From the NCBI RefSeq assembly GCF_964204645.1, contig NC_134029.1, positions 10,070,850 through 10,134,849 of the forward strand: DNA of 64,000 nt. Reading direction: 5' to 3'. Each line of letters begins with the position of its first letter. Within the stretch, counting starts at the first letter, position 1. The notes beneath the pieces were generated by a model that saw only the letters and a list, made by a program, of their open reading frames with translations, was not told where the DNA came from and did not search any database. Origin of the DNA: Tubulanus polymorphus (taxonomy: Eukaryota; Animalia; Nemertea). A program made the position numbers and the translations under genes. Shown here piece after piece: positions 34,768-48,511 of the stretch.

Positions 34768-37700
34768 TCCCCAATTTTTTGGATTGGATAAACCTAAAAA
34801 AGCAGCTGCGATGAAAATGGTCGATTACAGTTGAGTACATAAACCAGATAACTTTGAACCCTAATTTCCGTTCGACGAATTAAAAAATACGTTTAATTCG
34901 AATAATACGTATCTGATTTTAGTACTTTTCGTAGTCAGTAAAACATGGTATATACACGCCGACTAAATGCACTCTAAATGTAATGAAAAAAATGATATTC
35001 CCGACTTGAAATGATTGAGTGATATTAGTTGATTAATCATTTGGGCGCAAGTCCATTTAGTGCGTGTCACTGCGTCAGTGTTAACATGATGTGACCATTG
35101 AGAGCCGTAAACCGACAACTAGAGTAGACGACGAGAATATGTCATTTCGATATGTCGATTTCTTCTGCGTTTTGTTGCCATTTGTATTAATTTTGTTCAT
35201 AAGTTTCATTGCTTCACGCACATTTATATCCAAAAGATGCATGATGTAAATGCAAGTCTGCGCTAATGTATGACATTGAAATATACATTTACCGCTGCAT
35301 TTTTCCACGACCGCTTTAAGGTTTTACTGCGATTTCATGCTTGATTTAGCGAACGTATACAAACAAAATATCATGACCCAATTCGTCAGTAAGATGACTG
35401 ATTCAAGCATGAACTAAAAAAGCAGCCGGCATAATAATCAGTTTCGTAATGATGTCCTCGAAACGAAAGAATAGACAAATAGATATATACGTTTACACCA
35501 TCTCGCAAGACAGAGTAGATTTATACTTAATTTTTACTAAATGGTATGAGTTGGGGTTAGGTTTAGTCGTCACCAAATTAAGTATCTATATCTACTAGGC
35601 TCTTGGCTGCCAATCGTCCTGTAGAGTCCTCGCCAAACTGGTTCTGACGTTATCTACGTAGGGGTGGACCTGGTACAATATCAAGAACATAGCAACCATA
35701 TGGCATAGTCGGTGCTATGTGCGCACTGCAAGTCTGGGACTCCTACCCCAGAAAATTTTAAAAATTGGGTTATTTCAGTGAATATCCTGGGCATACCACG
35801 GCTTATGGAGTAAACATAAACCAGTTTTTAAATCCGCGTTAAGAACATCCGACTTATTCGTACCCAACTATATCGAGCATTATTTTCTGTTAAAGAATAT
35901 GAATTCTAAGTTAAAGTAATTGTTTAAAAGTCTTACGAAAATAATGAATTGTGATTTTTACTATGAAATGGCTTTTCATTCCAACGATCATGATTGAGAC
36001 ATTATATAATTTTAGCTTTAAAATGTGTGAGTATCAACTGATAAATCGTCCATTATTGCGACATGAATCCAAACGTGTCGCGTCTTGTATCTAATCATGG
36101 ACGTATAAACTAGATAGTTTACACGTCCGATACTTAATCAAGTGAATTTTTGAAACGTCTTTCACTTATGTGTATTAATTAGTCGTTTGATTGCTTGCTT
36201 TAAGATACAAAACACGATAATAATACTATTCAGGATTAGAATGTTAGGTTATTGCCCATTGGATACATAATTGCTAAAGGTCGATCAAGCACTCGGAATT
36301 GCACGTTTTAATATGTTTGATTTAAACTCTTTAGTCCATTCGCTGCCGAAAACTTATCGATCTTTCAATGAGTTATGAACCGTTGGTCGTGCAATTGTTC
36401 TAGAAAATATTGTATAGCCGATGATAAGGATTTGTACAACTTTTCATTAATAAAAAGCGTTTTTTATGATAAAACCGAATGAAGTTCCGTGTCGTCAAAA
36501 AAAATTTAGTTCACAAAAGCTTATATCTACCATATAAATCAATTCACTTACGTATCAGATAAAATATTTCGATGCCACATTCGGTGGATGGTCGCTAGTT
36601 AAAATCCCGTTTAGATATGCATAGTTGATATACCGGTAATCGGGATGTTACCTGTATTTCTAAATGTAATTCCGTCGTTTGTACATTCATTGATCGATTA
36701 ATTTGGCCCACGGGCTTTAACTCTCATCACGTAACGATTACGTATTATGGATAACGTATAGATATAGCTTGTGTGATCTGAATTATTTCATTTAATTGCA
36801 TTTTCCTTGGCGTTTTGTTGACAGTCGTCTCTTAATACTAGTGCCAAAATTTGTTCCGGAGCCAAGACGCTGGTGTAATCGCAGTTATATTGTCTATCAA
36901 CATGTTCTACCTGATTCGAATAGGTTTTGCAGCCTTTCAAGCCCACATAACACAAACTTTCGAATTTTAGCCTACTCGATACATGTTTCAGATTTTGGGA
37001 AACTTTAAACATGTGTTTTCTACATTGCCATACATCGGTTTTCGATACCGGGGCTTTCATTCATGCCATTTCGTAACACTTGGGCTATCCATATCCAGCC
37101 TTTGGCAAGGAACAAGTTTTTGCACAAAATAACGTCACGGGCACACGTGATCTATAGAGGACGAAACGAACAGTATCAAATACGAAATACAAGATGATGT
37201 CTGTGCTGTATTAGTTCAAGGAAAATGTTTGCATTTTTTATTCTCAGTGTGGAATTTCATTTCATTTTCATAGACCAGTATGCGCATTCAGGGCTATAAA
37301 CTGAATAGAAATTGAAGCGGTATTGGATATGTTTTCGTCAGCAGATCCGTTATTGTAAATCAGCGCATTTTTGGATAATGGACGCCGGGTCGTGGAATTA
37401 CATGGTGAGACCGGAATTGGCCAAGCACTGATTACCCCGGACTAAGACGAGGCTGGTAGGCCTACTACCCCCTGTCAAATCAACGGAGTTGATCTTGAAT
37501 TGTATTGCACCGTCATCCACATCCAAGAAATGACATCGCCCTCCTGACCCAACACATCTCTACACCGCCATTGTCTTGGGTGGGTACAATTACAATTAAA
37601 AAAGCACCGACGCTCCTATTTGACTCAACAGGTCTTTCAGCAAATATAATCGACAATATTACATGAGAATCTATTGTTTTTCGCTAACAGTGAGGGCGCT

Positions 37701-38116
37701 GATTAATTTCAAAGATCGCAAAGGCAAATGTATTGTGAGGTCACGGAGTCGGCGTGATCCCTTAAATCAACCACATTATCCATTAAATCTATAAGCAAGT
37801 CAACGATTGGTTTCGATGAGGTTTACAGGGCATTTCCCAGGTCTATTGCACCCAACCTCGCACCTTACCTTTCGACAATGACTGGTAATAAAAAGTACCC
37901 CCTACCACATCTTTCGCCCTACCACCAAGAATCTCCCCTCCCTCTCTCCTTCCTGGCGATGAAATACGTTTCAAATTATAAACTTAAGGATATTCGTCAG
38001 AAACCCAAATTCATGTCAGGGGGACGTGTATTATGCCCTAAAGATACATATATAAATGCAAGGAATAAACACAAAAGGAATACTTTATATACATTGTATT
38101 TTATATAAATTATCTT

Positions 38117-40869
38117 TTAGACCTCGATAACAAAGTTTTCTTCGCTTTCTATGGATGAATTGCAGAGATTTGCCGATTCGGGTAACGGAATTGAAGCCGA
38201 TGAATTAATGACTTTGACTTTGGCTCGTTTAACTACATCGTCCAAATGCTCGGGTAACGGCAGCCCGTAGGTTTCCGGTAGCAGGGCATACACGGCCACA
38301 GAACTGGTGATAGCTAGAAACCCGTACACGGCGTACGGGGCAGATATATGATACATCTCCTGAAAATGATATACACCAAGTCTTAGAATGACAACAAATA
38401 CAATCACCATACTATGGATAGAGTTTTAAACATGATGGCGTGCTATCACCATATTACTTCTTGTCGTTTATATAAAGTACTTATCAAGTTACGTCTGGCC
38501 TTTCTCACATAGTCAAAACGGATTTTTAGAGGAAATTCGAGGTTTTATTCGTTTTGGCGTTCTGGCACCCTCATTTGCATACACGAATTCTAAGTTATGA
38601 CCCGAATCAGCCAACATACATATATGATCCTGCCAATGGGCCTCGCTCCGACCCAGGGACCGTATTCACAAAGCACCCGTAAGTTACGTGTCAGGTAAGA
38701 TTTACGGGTGAACTTACGGGCGAACTTACGGATTGTCTTCGTGGTATTCACGAAACTACCCGTAAGTTCGCACGTAAGTTCACCCGTAAATCTCGCATCG
38801 GCACTTAAATAACAAAGCGCATATTATCCTTCGAACCATCATTGACGAAGTCCCGTCCAGACGCCGGACTTAGGAAAATTTGAGGATCAAAAGATCCACT
38901 CATTGGTAACATTCGTTCGAAGTGGATTGTAGTAACTGGTGTTTTAAAGGCCCGTCCACCTAACCCTTTTACCCCTTCAATCTTCAAATCAGTTATGACT
39001 ATTATTTTCTATCATTTTTCATGCATAAACAATTTTCCAACGAGGCACGTGTGTTTGAATTATATTGCGACGACTACATGACTCCAACATGAATCCAAAT
39101 TTGAAATCAATGGTTATTTGATTGAATTCCTACAGCAGATTTTCATGCAGAAATATTCACGAAATTCTCGTCCCAGTAAAAGATATATGTAAAAATTTAC
39201 CGCATAGTTACACATTTCAAACTGTGCAAATATGTCATAAAGAAAATCTCTTTGTTTCGGCGAGACTGGTAAAAATGCAGTAATAGTGGATGGAAGTGTA
39301 AATACTGCAAATGCGAATGAAACTGTTAGAAGCATTATTGTTGTACGTCTTGATTTTGTAGTTTTCTGATCAGATGAAACCAGTTTTGACCTTCTGAATA
39401 ACTGAATTATTATTATAGAATTTGATAAAATGATAAAAATTAGTGGTAAAAGATAAATGTGGATCACAATGATGGAGAAAAATTTTCTTTGGTCAGATAA
39501 TTCATGATAACATCCAAAATACTGGTCGGTAAAATGTATCGACAAAGTTGGTAGAAGATATAGAACCAGTAAATTGACTGCAGCAATTATCAATGTAGCA
39601 AATCTAGCGAATCTCGGTGTACATATCAAACGAGATGTTAATGGGAAGAACACAACTGCCGCACGCTCTAGAGATATGGCTACTATTAACCACGAACTAT
39701 TGAAGGCTGCTAATGTCATTGAAAATTCATAGATTTGACAACTGATTAGTGAATTCATGATGAATATTGGACCATCTTTAACATAAAAGAGAAGAAACTG
39801 TAAAACAGGCATCAGCGTAAAATTGATATAGTACATGGAATCACTGAGAGACAAAATGATAAGATAGCTAGCGTAAGATAAACTGCGGAATCTGCGACTT
39901 ATCATAATAAGGAAAGTAGCTAAATTCCCGAAGACTCCAAACAGAAACCAGATTGGCAGAACGACCAGTGACACGATACGGTAGATTCCAGACTTGTTCA
40001 CTACAGACATGATAATGATGTAACTGTTGTAAGTTCGACCGATTTGAATCTGAGTAGAATTCATGATTCATGAGCGAACTGACTAACTGGGAGTGAAGCG
40101 ACTGTATAAGAGTGCACTGACTGTATGAGTGTAGTGACTGTATAAGTGTGCACCGACTATCTGAGTGGTAGTGACTGTGTGAAAGTGTACTGGACCTGAC
40201 CGTGTCTCCTCGTGTATTGGAAAATTAAGATAAATTGTTAACAGTGAATGGAAAATCAATTCTAAGAAAATCTAACACAATTTACTCTGATTTTGTGAAA
40301 GTTTGTTATTGTGTAAAATATAAGTGTAACAGATTAAATATAGATAAATGCTATACAAGAATTCCTTGTTGCTTGTGAAATATAGTAAAATATCTGAATA
40401 GATATCTGAATAGATTGGAAAATGAGACGAGAAGATACACAATATCCGTGTATGATGATAACGAGAGAAATCCCACAATAATGAAGCCAAAAATAAAAAA
40501 TTCTATGGGAGCGTCCAAAAATTACGTACCTCTAATTGGGGTAGGGGGGTTACTGAATTTTGGTACAAAGTGGTAGGTGGGGGAGGGGGTCAGCAAAAAA
40601 GGTACGTACTTTGAGGGAGGGGGTATTCATCAATCTTGGTACGTACTTTATGGACCCAAACTCAAATGAAAATAGCCAATACTGGTGTTTTATCGGCTTT
40701 TAGTGACTTGTTCAAGTGACTATCTATTACAATTACAAATAGAATTTATAACAAATAAGTCGATTGATGATGAGGGACCTGAACAGAGCCTTAAAGGCTG
40801 TACAATCACTAGGACGTTCAAGCCTCCTAGAGAGAAAAATAGAAGATTAATGGTAATGAAAATAGTAGT

Positions 40870-40909
<40 letters not shown>

Positions 40910-43900
40910 GTTATAATAATAATAATAGTTATAATAATAGTTATAATAATAATAGTTATAATAATAATAATAATAATAATAGTTGTAATAGTAATAGTTA
41001 TAATAATAATAATAGTAGTGATAGTGATAGTGATAGTGATAGTGATAGTAATAATAGATAAAAATAATAAAAAATTTTTCAGCCAGTGAATTTGGTACAA
41101 AGGTGGTACAAGGGGGAGGGGTCAGAAAAACGGGAGATTTTGAGGTACGTAATTTCTGGACGCTCCCTATATCAAAATGATTATATTTAAGGGCAAATTT
41201 CGGCTAAATTTTCGTAGTGAAGTATAAAATATAGCGGCAAAGCAGCGATAACGGGTTTCTGCCTTGCTGCCTTGCTGGGTTAAATGTCGTGCTAGGAAGC
41301 TTAAAAAAATTCACTGAAATTAATTCATAAAGTACCGCTTTTTTAAGGAGCACCACCTAGGGGTCAGCACATATCATATCGTTGACCCACTTGGCTACTA
41401 TGTGCAAAGTACTAATGTACCATGTTTAGGGAAAATAATTTGAGAATAACGAAGATTCGGTGTTTTTACCATTCCATAGTGGCAGTTGTAGGAACTAATT
41501 TAGAGCATACTTTATGTTATGTACTCACACGAGGTTTTGTGAAATCTATAATAAAATGGCTGAAGTACACTCGAAAAACGGATGATCGAATGAGTTTTCA
41601 AAATTTACGCCCCTAGTGGTTAGAATAGGAACTATTAATGTGAGGGGTTTGTTGTATTTCACATCCAGGTACATGTGTTTTTTCACTGTTTTTTTCTGCA
41701 CAGCCTCGTTCGTATTCTTGATCTTGTCTGGATAATGTGTCGACCAACGAATGCGTGTTTACTGACGTAGCCCCACTATGCTATGAAATTGAAGGGAATT
41801 TAGAATCCTGTTCAACGGTCAACACGCTTTTATAAAAGGAAGATCTACAAACAGTCAATAGGGCTAACTTGAAACCATGGATGATTGGACGATTGGCGAT
41901 TACTAAACAAGCTATTAGGAAATAGTAGCAATGATGATGGGTCGCTTAAATGGCTCAGCATTTTTCTACGAACAAAAAAGGTGACCGAAATCAACGGAAC
42001 TGTGTCATCTTGGAAATAAGATCTAACCAGTGGAGTAACGCAAGGGAGTATCCTAAGTCTCCTTCTCTTCACTGCCAAATGATATACAGAATAATCCAAA
42101 AAGGAAACAAGCTGTGTTCCGTTAATGGTCAGAAACAAGGCATAATATGGATATACGAAGAAAACCGAGGTTCATATTATTTTACCTTCGCGTGAAAAAG
42201 AGTATTTTTTTCGAATGAAGATTACTCCTTACTAACTACAGAACGAAAATTTAGTTCCACGAAAAGATTTTTTCTTTGGAATGAACACTCGATTCGAACG
42301 AAAATCTTATGTCCCGAAAAGAATATTTTGTTCAAATGAAAACAATTCTGTTCGATTGAGCAATATACTTGTCGTACGAAAGAACTTTTTCCCGACAAAA
42401 ACGTTTTGAGCGAAAACAAATTTCGTTCCAACCAATTAAAAAAAAAAGTTTTGTACGAATGGAATCAATTTTGTTTGATCGAGCAAAATATTTTTGGTTC
42501 GAACGAAAAACATTTTGATCTGACAAAAACATTTGTTCGAACGAAAAGATGTTCAAACGAAGAAAGGACCTTTTTCATCTTGGGCTCCGTAGTAACTAAA
42601 ATCATCAGGAATTAATAAGATATCAGTTTCATTAATGATGAAAAAACTCAAATGAAAACTCTGGTTTATAAAGTTACCTGCTCAGAGGATGCTATAACAG
42701 CTTTAAAAAAATCTTCATATGTAGGCCTATGCGCATAGGCCTGACACAAGGCCCTTAGGCCTATTGCTATTCAACCCTCCTACACCTTATTCAACAGGGG
42801 TAGGTCTCGTATACAATTCGTAAAATCAATTTTATTTTTCGGATAATGAAGAAACTAAGCGCATGGCAAAAACTGGCCACCGATTTTTATATCGCTCTCA
42901 TGTCACATTGTTGCAAATTTGAGAAATGATTTTCACATAACTGAAAACTAGAGATTCACACGGTTTGAATGTTGCTGAAACTGTCAAAATCTATCCATGG
43001 ACAGATGAAATGTGATACAACACACATCACGGAAAGTTTTTGAAAAAGAGAAAAAAATGACCCAACAATACGGGACAAAAGTACCCTTACAAAATGGCGG
43101 CTAGCAACTGTAAAATGGTTTATTGTTTCTTCATAACCCATAAATCTTTTGATGCCGGATTTTTTATTCCAAATCTTGTATGAGGTTCAATCCATGTGTC
43201 CGTAAATAATCACATTAATTATACTGTGTTTGTTTGAAAGAGTAAAGCACAGTAGGCCTAAACGCGTACAACCCAATAAACACTTAAAGTGGCCTAGAAA
43301 CGATCTCCTATCACCAGCGGCATCGAAAACACTTACTCCGAATATCAAGAGTGAGTCCAGCTTACGGATAAGAATGTGTTATATACAGGTATTTTGTCGA
43401 TATTCTGTGGATTTGGTAAAGATCGGTATGTACTGTAGGAAAAATAGAATATTGATTAATGGTTGAAGCCCGCGGCCGAATCACTGGTAGTAATAAATTC
43501 ATTTATTTTGATACATTACTCGTCAACATTACAGCTTTTCTCCGCTGGATCTGTTCGGCGTGTTTAGTTTAGGTCTACGACTCGCCGGTACTTTAATAAT
43601 TTATCATAGTAAATATCCGGTACATTTGGTAAAAGAAAATAGAATATTGTTAAACTAACTGTTTGAAGTCCGCGGCAAAATCGCTGGGAGTAATACATTC
43701 ATTTATACTTGATTTGATTCTGGTGGTGAGGAGAAACTCGCAGCGGATCCGCGGAACGACGATGTCAACACACACGTTGATCCATCGATCTTTAAAGCTA
43801 AACAGCGCTAAATATTAAAAATATTTAGAGTAGTTAATATCCTATGGATCGGTAAAGTGTACTGATGAAGAAAATGGGTAATTGTTAAAATCACTGTTTG

Positions 43901-46900
43901 AAGACAGCAGCTGAATGTGAAGTCTTGCGGTAATGAATTTGTTTATTTATACTTGAATTGATAATCGAAGTGACGAGCAGCCTCCAGTGGATTTCGGGAT
44001 GGCGACTCAGAAAAACATGTCGCCTCATTGAGTGGGGCCCAATTTTCGATGTTTACAGCCCGACAGTGTTTTATAACGTCGATTCATCAAAATACCGACG
44101 GAGTATTAGTAGATCGAAGTGAGCTAAAAGATATTATACGGATTGTATCGGAAACAGCGATAAGGTAAAAAAGCCTACGTACTTTCGACGAAAATAGTGT
44201 GGAAAAGGGAAAAAAGAAATATAACTGCAAAGCAGCAATAACGGGTATCTGCCTTGCTGGATAGAATGGCGTACAGGGGTGCGTACAAAAATTTCACCGA
44301 AACCATTTCGTAACGTTTTTTATGGAGCGCCACCTAGGGGTCAGCTCATAACACGGATATGATAAAAAAATAATGATAAACTGATAAAAAATGTTTATTT
44401 GCGACATGTGTGTAAATATCAAACACTAGTTACGTATGTTGCCTAATAAACGGGACAGTCACTCAGTACTTAATAGAAAAATAATTTTCATTTCGTTACA
44501 GAAATTCAGAGTGGGAAAAACCTTGAAAAACTCATTTCAGCATCGGTTTTTTAGTGTGATTCAGCCCTTTTATAATAGAAATCACAAAAGCTGGTATAGA
44601 ATCACACATATATATGCATATGTGCCGTAATGTATAACCGCATACGCATATGTATAACCGGCTTGATTAGTCCATACAACTACCAGCAGGGGACTGTGGA
44701 AGCACCGTTTCTTCGTTATGATCAAAGCTATTATGACTTAACTTGGAACGTACCCTAGTACTTAGCAGCAAGGCAGAAAGCCCGTTATCGTTGCTTTGCT
44801 GCTATATTTAGGTTTTTTTTAAACCATATTGTAATTCTGTAGATTATCAATAATACATCAATAATACATAACAATAATAGTAATCATTTTAATGGATCAG
44901 CACCATAGAATTGGGCCTAAATCTGTTCTAATTTATAAACTCACCAATAAAGCTGCCTGAGGTGCAATGATTCCTGCAATTCTGGCGGCCACGTTTCCTG
45001 CCCCGGTTGATATATTTCTACAAACGATACCTCATATCATTAATGAATTGTTATTGCATCACAAATGAAAAACCTTAGACCCATATTTTATTCAGGATGT
45101 GGATTGAATTAGTTTTTTATGATTACCGGATCACGGTTGGGTACAGTTCCGTGGCAAACAGCAACGACGCAGCCCATGCACCAGACATGATGATTGAAGA
45201 TGTTATCGCCAGAACTGTTTGTGGTATTCTATTCTCTGCCACTTTGAGTATATCAAGGATGAGTACTGTCGCCATGCACAAACCAGTGATTCCCATGAAT
45301 AATGGATAGGTTTTTCGTCGCCCGATCCTAGATATGAATCAAGATATGGGGGTAACTTAAAATATGTAGTGCCACAGTGGGTTTGGTGCCACTGATTTGT
45401 CATGAATCCAAAAAGCGTAACCAAGATGTATATTTATGTTCGTAACTTCATAGAGGGAATGCGGCTTATAAATATAAATACCAGTTTGGGACATAGATGC
45501 AGATGATCCATTGGATGAACACGGTAGCGCACATACTTATTCCTAGATTAAGGTAGATATTTCCAGTCAATGTACTCATCTGACCCGCTATACCGTACGA
45601 TATAAACGCACAAGAAAACCTAAAATTATGATAAGTGATGAGTGATGATAAACTTCATTGTAGTGCCACGCATAAAGATTGCTTGTTTTTCATCAGTTTA
45701 ATTTTCCACGCGCATCAAAAAAAAAAACGTTTTCAGTAAAAATAGAAATAAATACGCATTCCGGATGCAGAAACCTGTTTTCGTTTCTTTTTTAAACAAA
45801 GTAAAACACTCCCACATCCCTGAACACACTTTTCTATGTTTTTCTTCACGGTCGCTACCCAATTGTTACTATGACAGGTAAGTATTTCGGTAACGAAGTG
45901 CTTCCCATCCTGATTCAAAGTCGTTAACGCCGCGATTTCCGAAACCGCCCTCGTCACTTGGAATAAGGCCTTTTATTTCTGTCTTTTTTTAAAGTGAGGA
46001 AAAAATGAACGCCTACCGCCGCACTCGTCAATTTTCCAAAAAGGGCTGACGAGAAATGATTTCTTTGCATGGCCTAGTATGCGCTCAACAATCGTGCATG
46101 AATGTTAGAAAAGTGCCGGGGAGTTCCTCGGAGTTAAAAAAGAACACTCTATATCCTTCGTAGGAAATCGACTCGTATGAATCTTTTAACTTACCAAGCA
46201 TACATTACACATAGACTCATGACCGCAATGCGTCTAGATCTAAATAGATCGAGACATGTATATCTACATGGTGTCTTTTCGTTTCCCCTTAACCTTACGA
46301 AATTGCTTAGATGGGGAACCGATCGCCTGTTCATTGTCGCCATTCGTTTTATCCAAAATTCGGCTTGATCATAGCGTTTCTTTTGAATTAGCCAACGAGC
46401 GCTCTCCGGAAGAAAACTGTTATGAAATAAATCGATGAAAATGATCAGATAGGATGATGGCAATCCAGACATAACCAAATAACATACAATACGTACAATA
46501 CAGCGACGATAAAAGCAGGCATCGTCCAAACACTTATAACTATGCTAACATAGCGCCACTCCCTCAGAAGATATGCCGACGTTATCATAATTGCTGGACC
46601 GAAATGCCATCCGATCCGATAGGCGGCCAATGAACGCCATTTTGGTCCCAGGAATTCGGATATTACAACGGTTGATACTGAGATTAATCCACCTGCCAAT
46701 TAAAGATGCTCACACTAGAATCAATGCACATGTGACCCTGGATATACCGGAGGCATGCTCCTTTATACATACCAGCAGCGACGCCCGTGAAGAATCTGAG
46801 AATCATATACGCAACCCATACCGAGGCCCAAGACGATGCCAACTGTAGGGTCATTGATACAGCCCATGATGCCATTAAAGCTTTCTTACGGCCGAATAAG

Positions 46901-47424
46901 TCACTAAGGGAACTAAAAACTGTAGCTCCGATTAAATTGCCAACGAAGAAGATGCTCGTCATAGTCGATCCTATGAATTTTCTGTCACATATCAAATCCC
47001 ACTACAAGAAATATATTGAAGAGGATATGGATGTTTGAAATGGGTGAGTAACTTCTTTTCCTACGTATCGATGGATGATTTAACTTACTTCAGTTATGGT
47101 GCTTGTATATTCCTGGCTGTAGGAGAAGTTTTGACACGGAAGCCCAGACACATCACAATAGCCTTTCACCAGATCTGTAGAGGACGAAACGTTCACACCA
47201 GAACCCGGACAGAACCAACCTGGATTAGCTATGTCCAATACGAAATACAAGATGATAGTCGCGCCGTTGGCTTCTATAAGCACGTACATAACGTACATAA
47301 ATACCTGAAACAGCCCAACCTCGCCGATAATTTTGAATAAGTCGTCGAACATCGGTAGCGTTTCATCCGTGTTGCCTTCATCATTCAGCGAATGCTCTTC
47401 TGTTGACACGTTTTCTTTAGCCAT
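38117..47424 (-). CDS. Divergent SLC22-family transporter, gene D (8 coding exons, ~545 aa; ~579 aa if the upstream in-frame ATG at 47526 is used)
   Basis: Minus-strand exons 47424-47089, 47001-46773, 46692-46497, 46416-46195, 45619-45482, 45327-45127, 45017-44945 and 38359-38117; GT-AG, in phase, total 1638 nt. Motifs: FDDLFKIIGEVGLFQ, STITE|WDLICD, SDLFGRKK, PESARWL, IGRRKT, ELYPTVIRN, ARIAGIIAP, LLPETYGLPLP. Confidence 0.9.
38655..38800. mobile_element. DNA-transposon terminal fragment with a long internal inverted repeat
   Basis: Starts AGGGACCGTATTCACAAAG; AGATTTACGGGTGAACTTACGGGCGAACTTACGG pairs with CCGTAAGTTCGCACGTAAGTTCACCCGTAAATCT (38698-38793). Confidence 0.6.
39114..40064 (-). 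CDS. Intronless class A (rhodopsin-like) GPCR of the FMRFamide/peptide-receptor-like orphan type, nested in the last intron of SLC22 gene D
   Basis: 316-aa ORF with seven hydrophobic segments: TM1 GVFGN, TM2 LSLSD, a Cys at the top of TM3, ISLERA at the DRY position, ECL2 Cys (FGC), TM6 FAVFTLP, TM7 NYAVNFYIY, helix 8 REFREYF and a C-terminal CC. Confidence 0.92.
   Translation of the reverse strand: MNSTQIQIGRTYNSYIIIMSVVNKSGIYRIVSLVVLPIWFLFGVFGNLATFLIMISRRFRSLSYASYLIILSLSDSMYYINFTLMPVLQFLLFYVKDGPIFIMNSLISCQIYEFSMTLAAFNSSWLIVAISLERAAVVFFPLTSRLICTPRFARFATLIIAAVNLLVLYLLPTLSIHFTDQYFGCYHELSDQRKFFSIIVIHIYLLPLIFIILSNSIIIIQLFRRSKLVSSDQKTTKSRRTTIMLLTVSFAFAVFTLPSTITAFLPVSPKQRDFLYDIFAQFEMCNYAVNFYIYLLLGREFREYFCMKICCRNSIK
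40077..40195. repeat. Degenerate ~18-bp tandem repeat directly upstream of the GPCR start codon
   Basis: About six GACTGTATAAGAGTGCACT-like units. Confidence 0.7.
40507..41167. mobile_element. PIF/Harbinger (Tourist)-like MITE containing an (ATA)n microsatellite
   Basis: 26-bp TIR GGGAGCGTCCA(A/G)AAATTACGTACCTC with one mismatch; 3-bp TAT on both flanks. Confidence 0.8.
40862..41070. repeat. (ATA)n/(ATAGTG)n microsatellite inside the Harbinger-like MITE
   Basis: Seen directly in the sequence. Confidence 0.95.
41870..42085 (+). mobile_element. Degenerate LINE reverse-transcriptase fragment (CR1/L2-like)
   Basis: The + strand reads LKWLSIFLRTKKVTEINGTVSSWK*DLTSGVTQGSILSLLLF, resembling the RT motif 'SGVPQGSILGPLLF'; it contains a stop codon. 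Confidence 0.7.
42237..42591. mobile_element. Repeat element with an internal TTCGAACGAAAA-like tandem/inverted array
   Basis: Many copies of (TT)CGAACGAAAA/TTGTTCGA. The right end GGGCTCCGTA is an RTA terminus like the IS3EU-type MITEs; the left end and TSD are imperfect. Confidence 0.45.
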
Positions 47425-48111
47425 AACCGATATTTGAATATTTGTGACGCTCGGAGCGATAGGCAGGCACGTAGTGTAGTTTTCAGTTAAGCTCACGTAA
47501 CCAGCCGTTCGCGCAAGATTAGCCATGCTTCAACAGTAATAGACATGTGAAAGGTAAACAATGCTTAAAATCCCTCTAGGTAAAAATCCTATTCCCTGGT
47601 TGTGTTCAAGTCGGCAGGTTGTCACAGTTATTCTGTTGTTGGATTACGTACTGTGACAAAAAAAAAAATTTATACTTACTGAGACATTAGTCGAACGATC
47701 ATTTTAATTTTTCAAATTTCCAAGTTCCATAGTTAATATTCAAAGAGCGCCCTTTACCGAATGAAGACATTCATTTTCTCTGAGTCGACAATTTCATTGA
47801 TATTATCATTAACTGGCAACTGCAAATTAGCCAGGAGTTTAATTCAAGCAACTGTCACAACGCCGAATCGAAGAACACCGGTGTTGTAACGGTAATATTA
47901 TCAATACATTCCAAACTAGTTGTTTTATGCATAACTACTCCCATAATGATATTCAACGGAGTTTTGAAAATCATTTTCCTCTAAGAAATCAACTTCACAG
48001 CTGTTTAACCAGAAACCGCAATGACCTTGACGTTCCATATTTCCAGACACAGTTAAAAAGCATTCATTAAAGTTTCTAAGCCCCCAATTTTGGAATAAGT
48101 AAAGTTTATAA

Positions 48112-48416
<305 letters not shown>

Positions 48417-48511
48417 ACGGCAACATTGTTATCTAGAGCGAAAAAATAATTCAAACTAATCAGTACTAATATAGCCCTATATGATTGTATAGAGTTGACA
48501 ATAGCGGCAAT

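Larger units (their letters stand above)
41229..44808. repeat. Three copies of a dispersed-repeat terminus (ATATAGCAGCAAAGCAGCGATAACGGG..CTGCCTTGCT) plus three degenerate ~200-bp direct units
   Basis: Copies at ~41229-41370 (+), ~44219-44346 (+) and ~44765-44808 (-). The ~200-bp units start at ~43441, ~43636 and ~43871 (AAAATAGAATATTG..TTGAAG..CGCGG..ATTCATTTAT). Confidence 0.7.

Noticed and set aside
40685-41100. Poly-Ile/Thr hydrophobic ORFs
   Set aside because: They come from the (ATA)n repeat inside a MITE.
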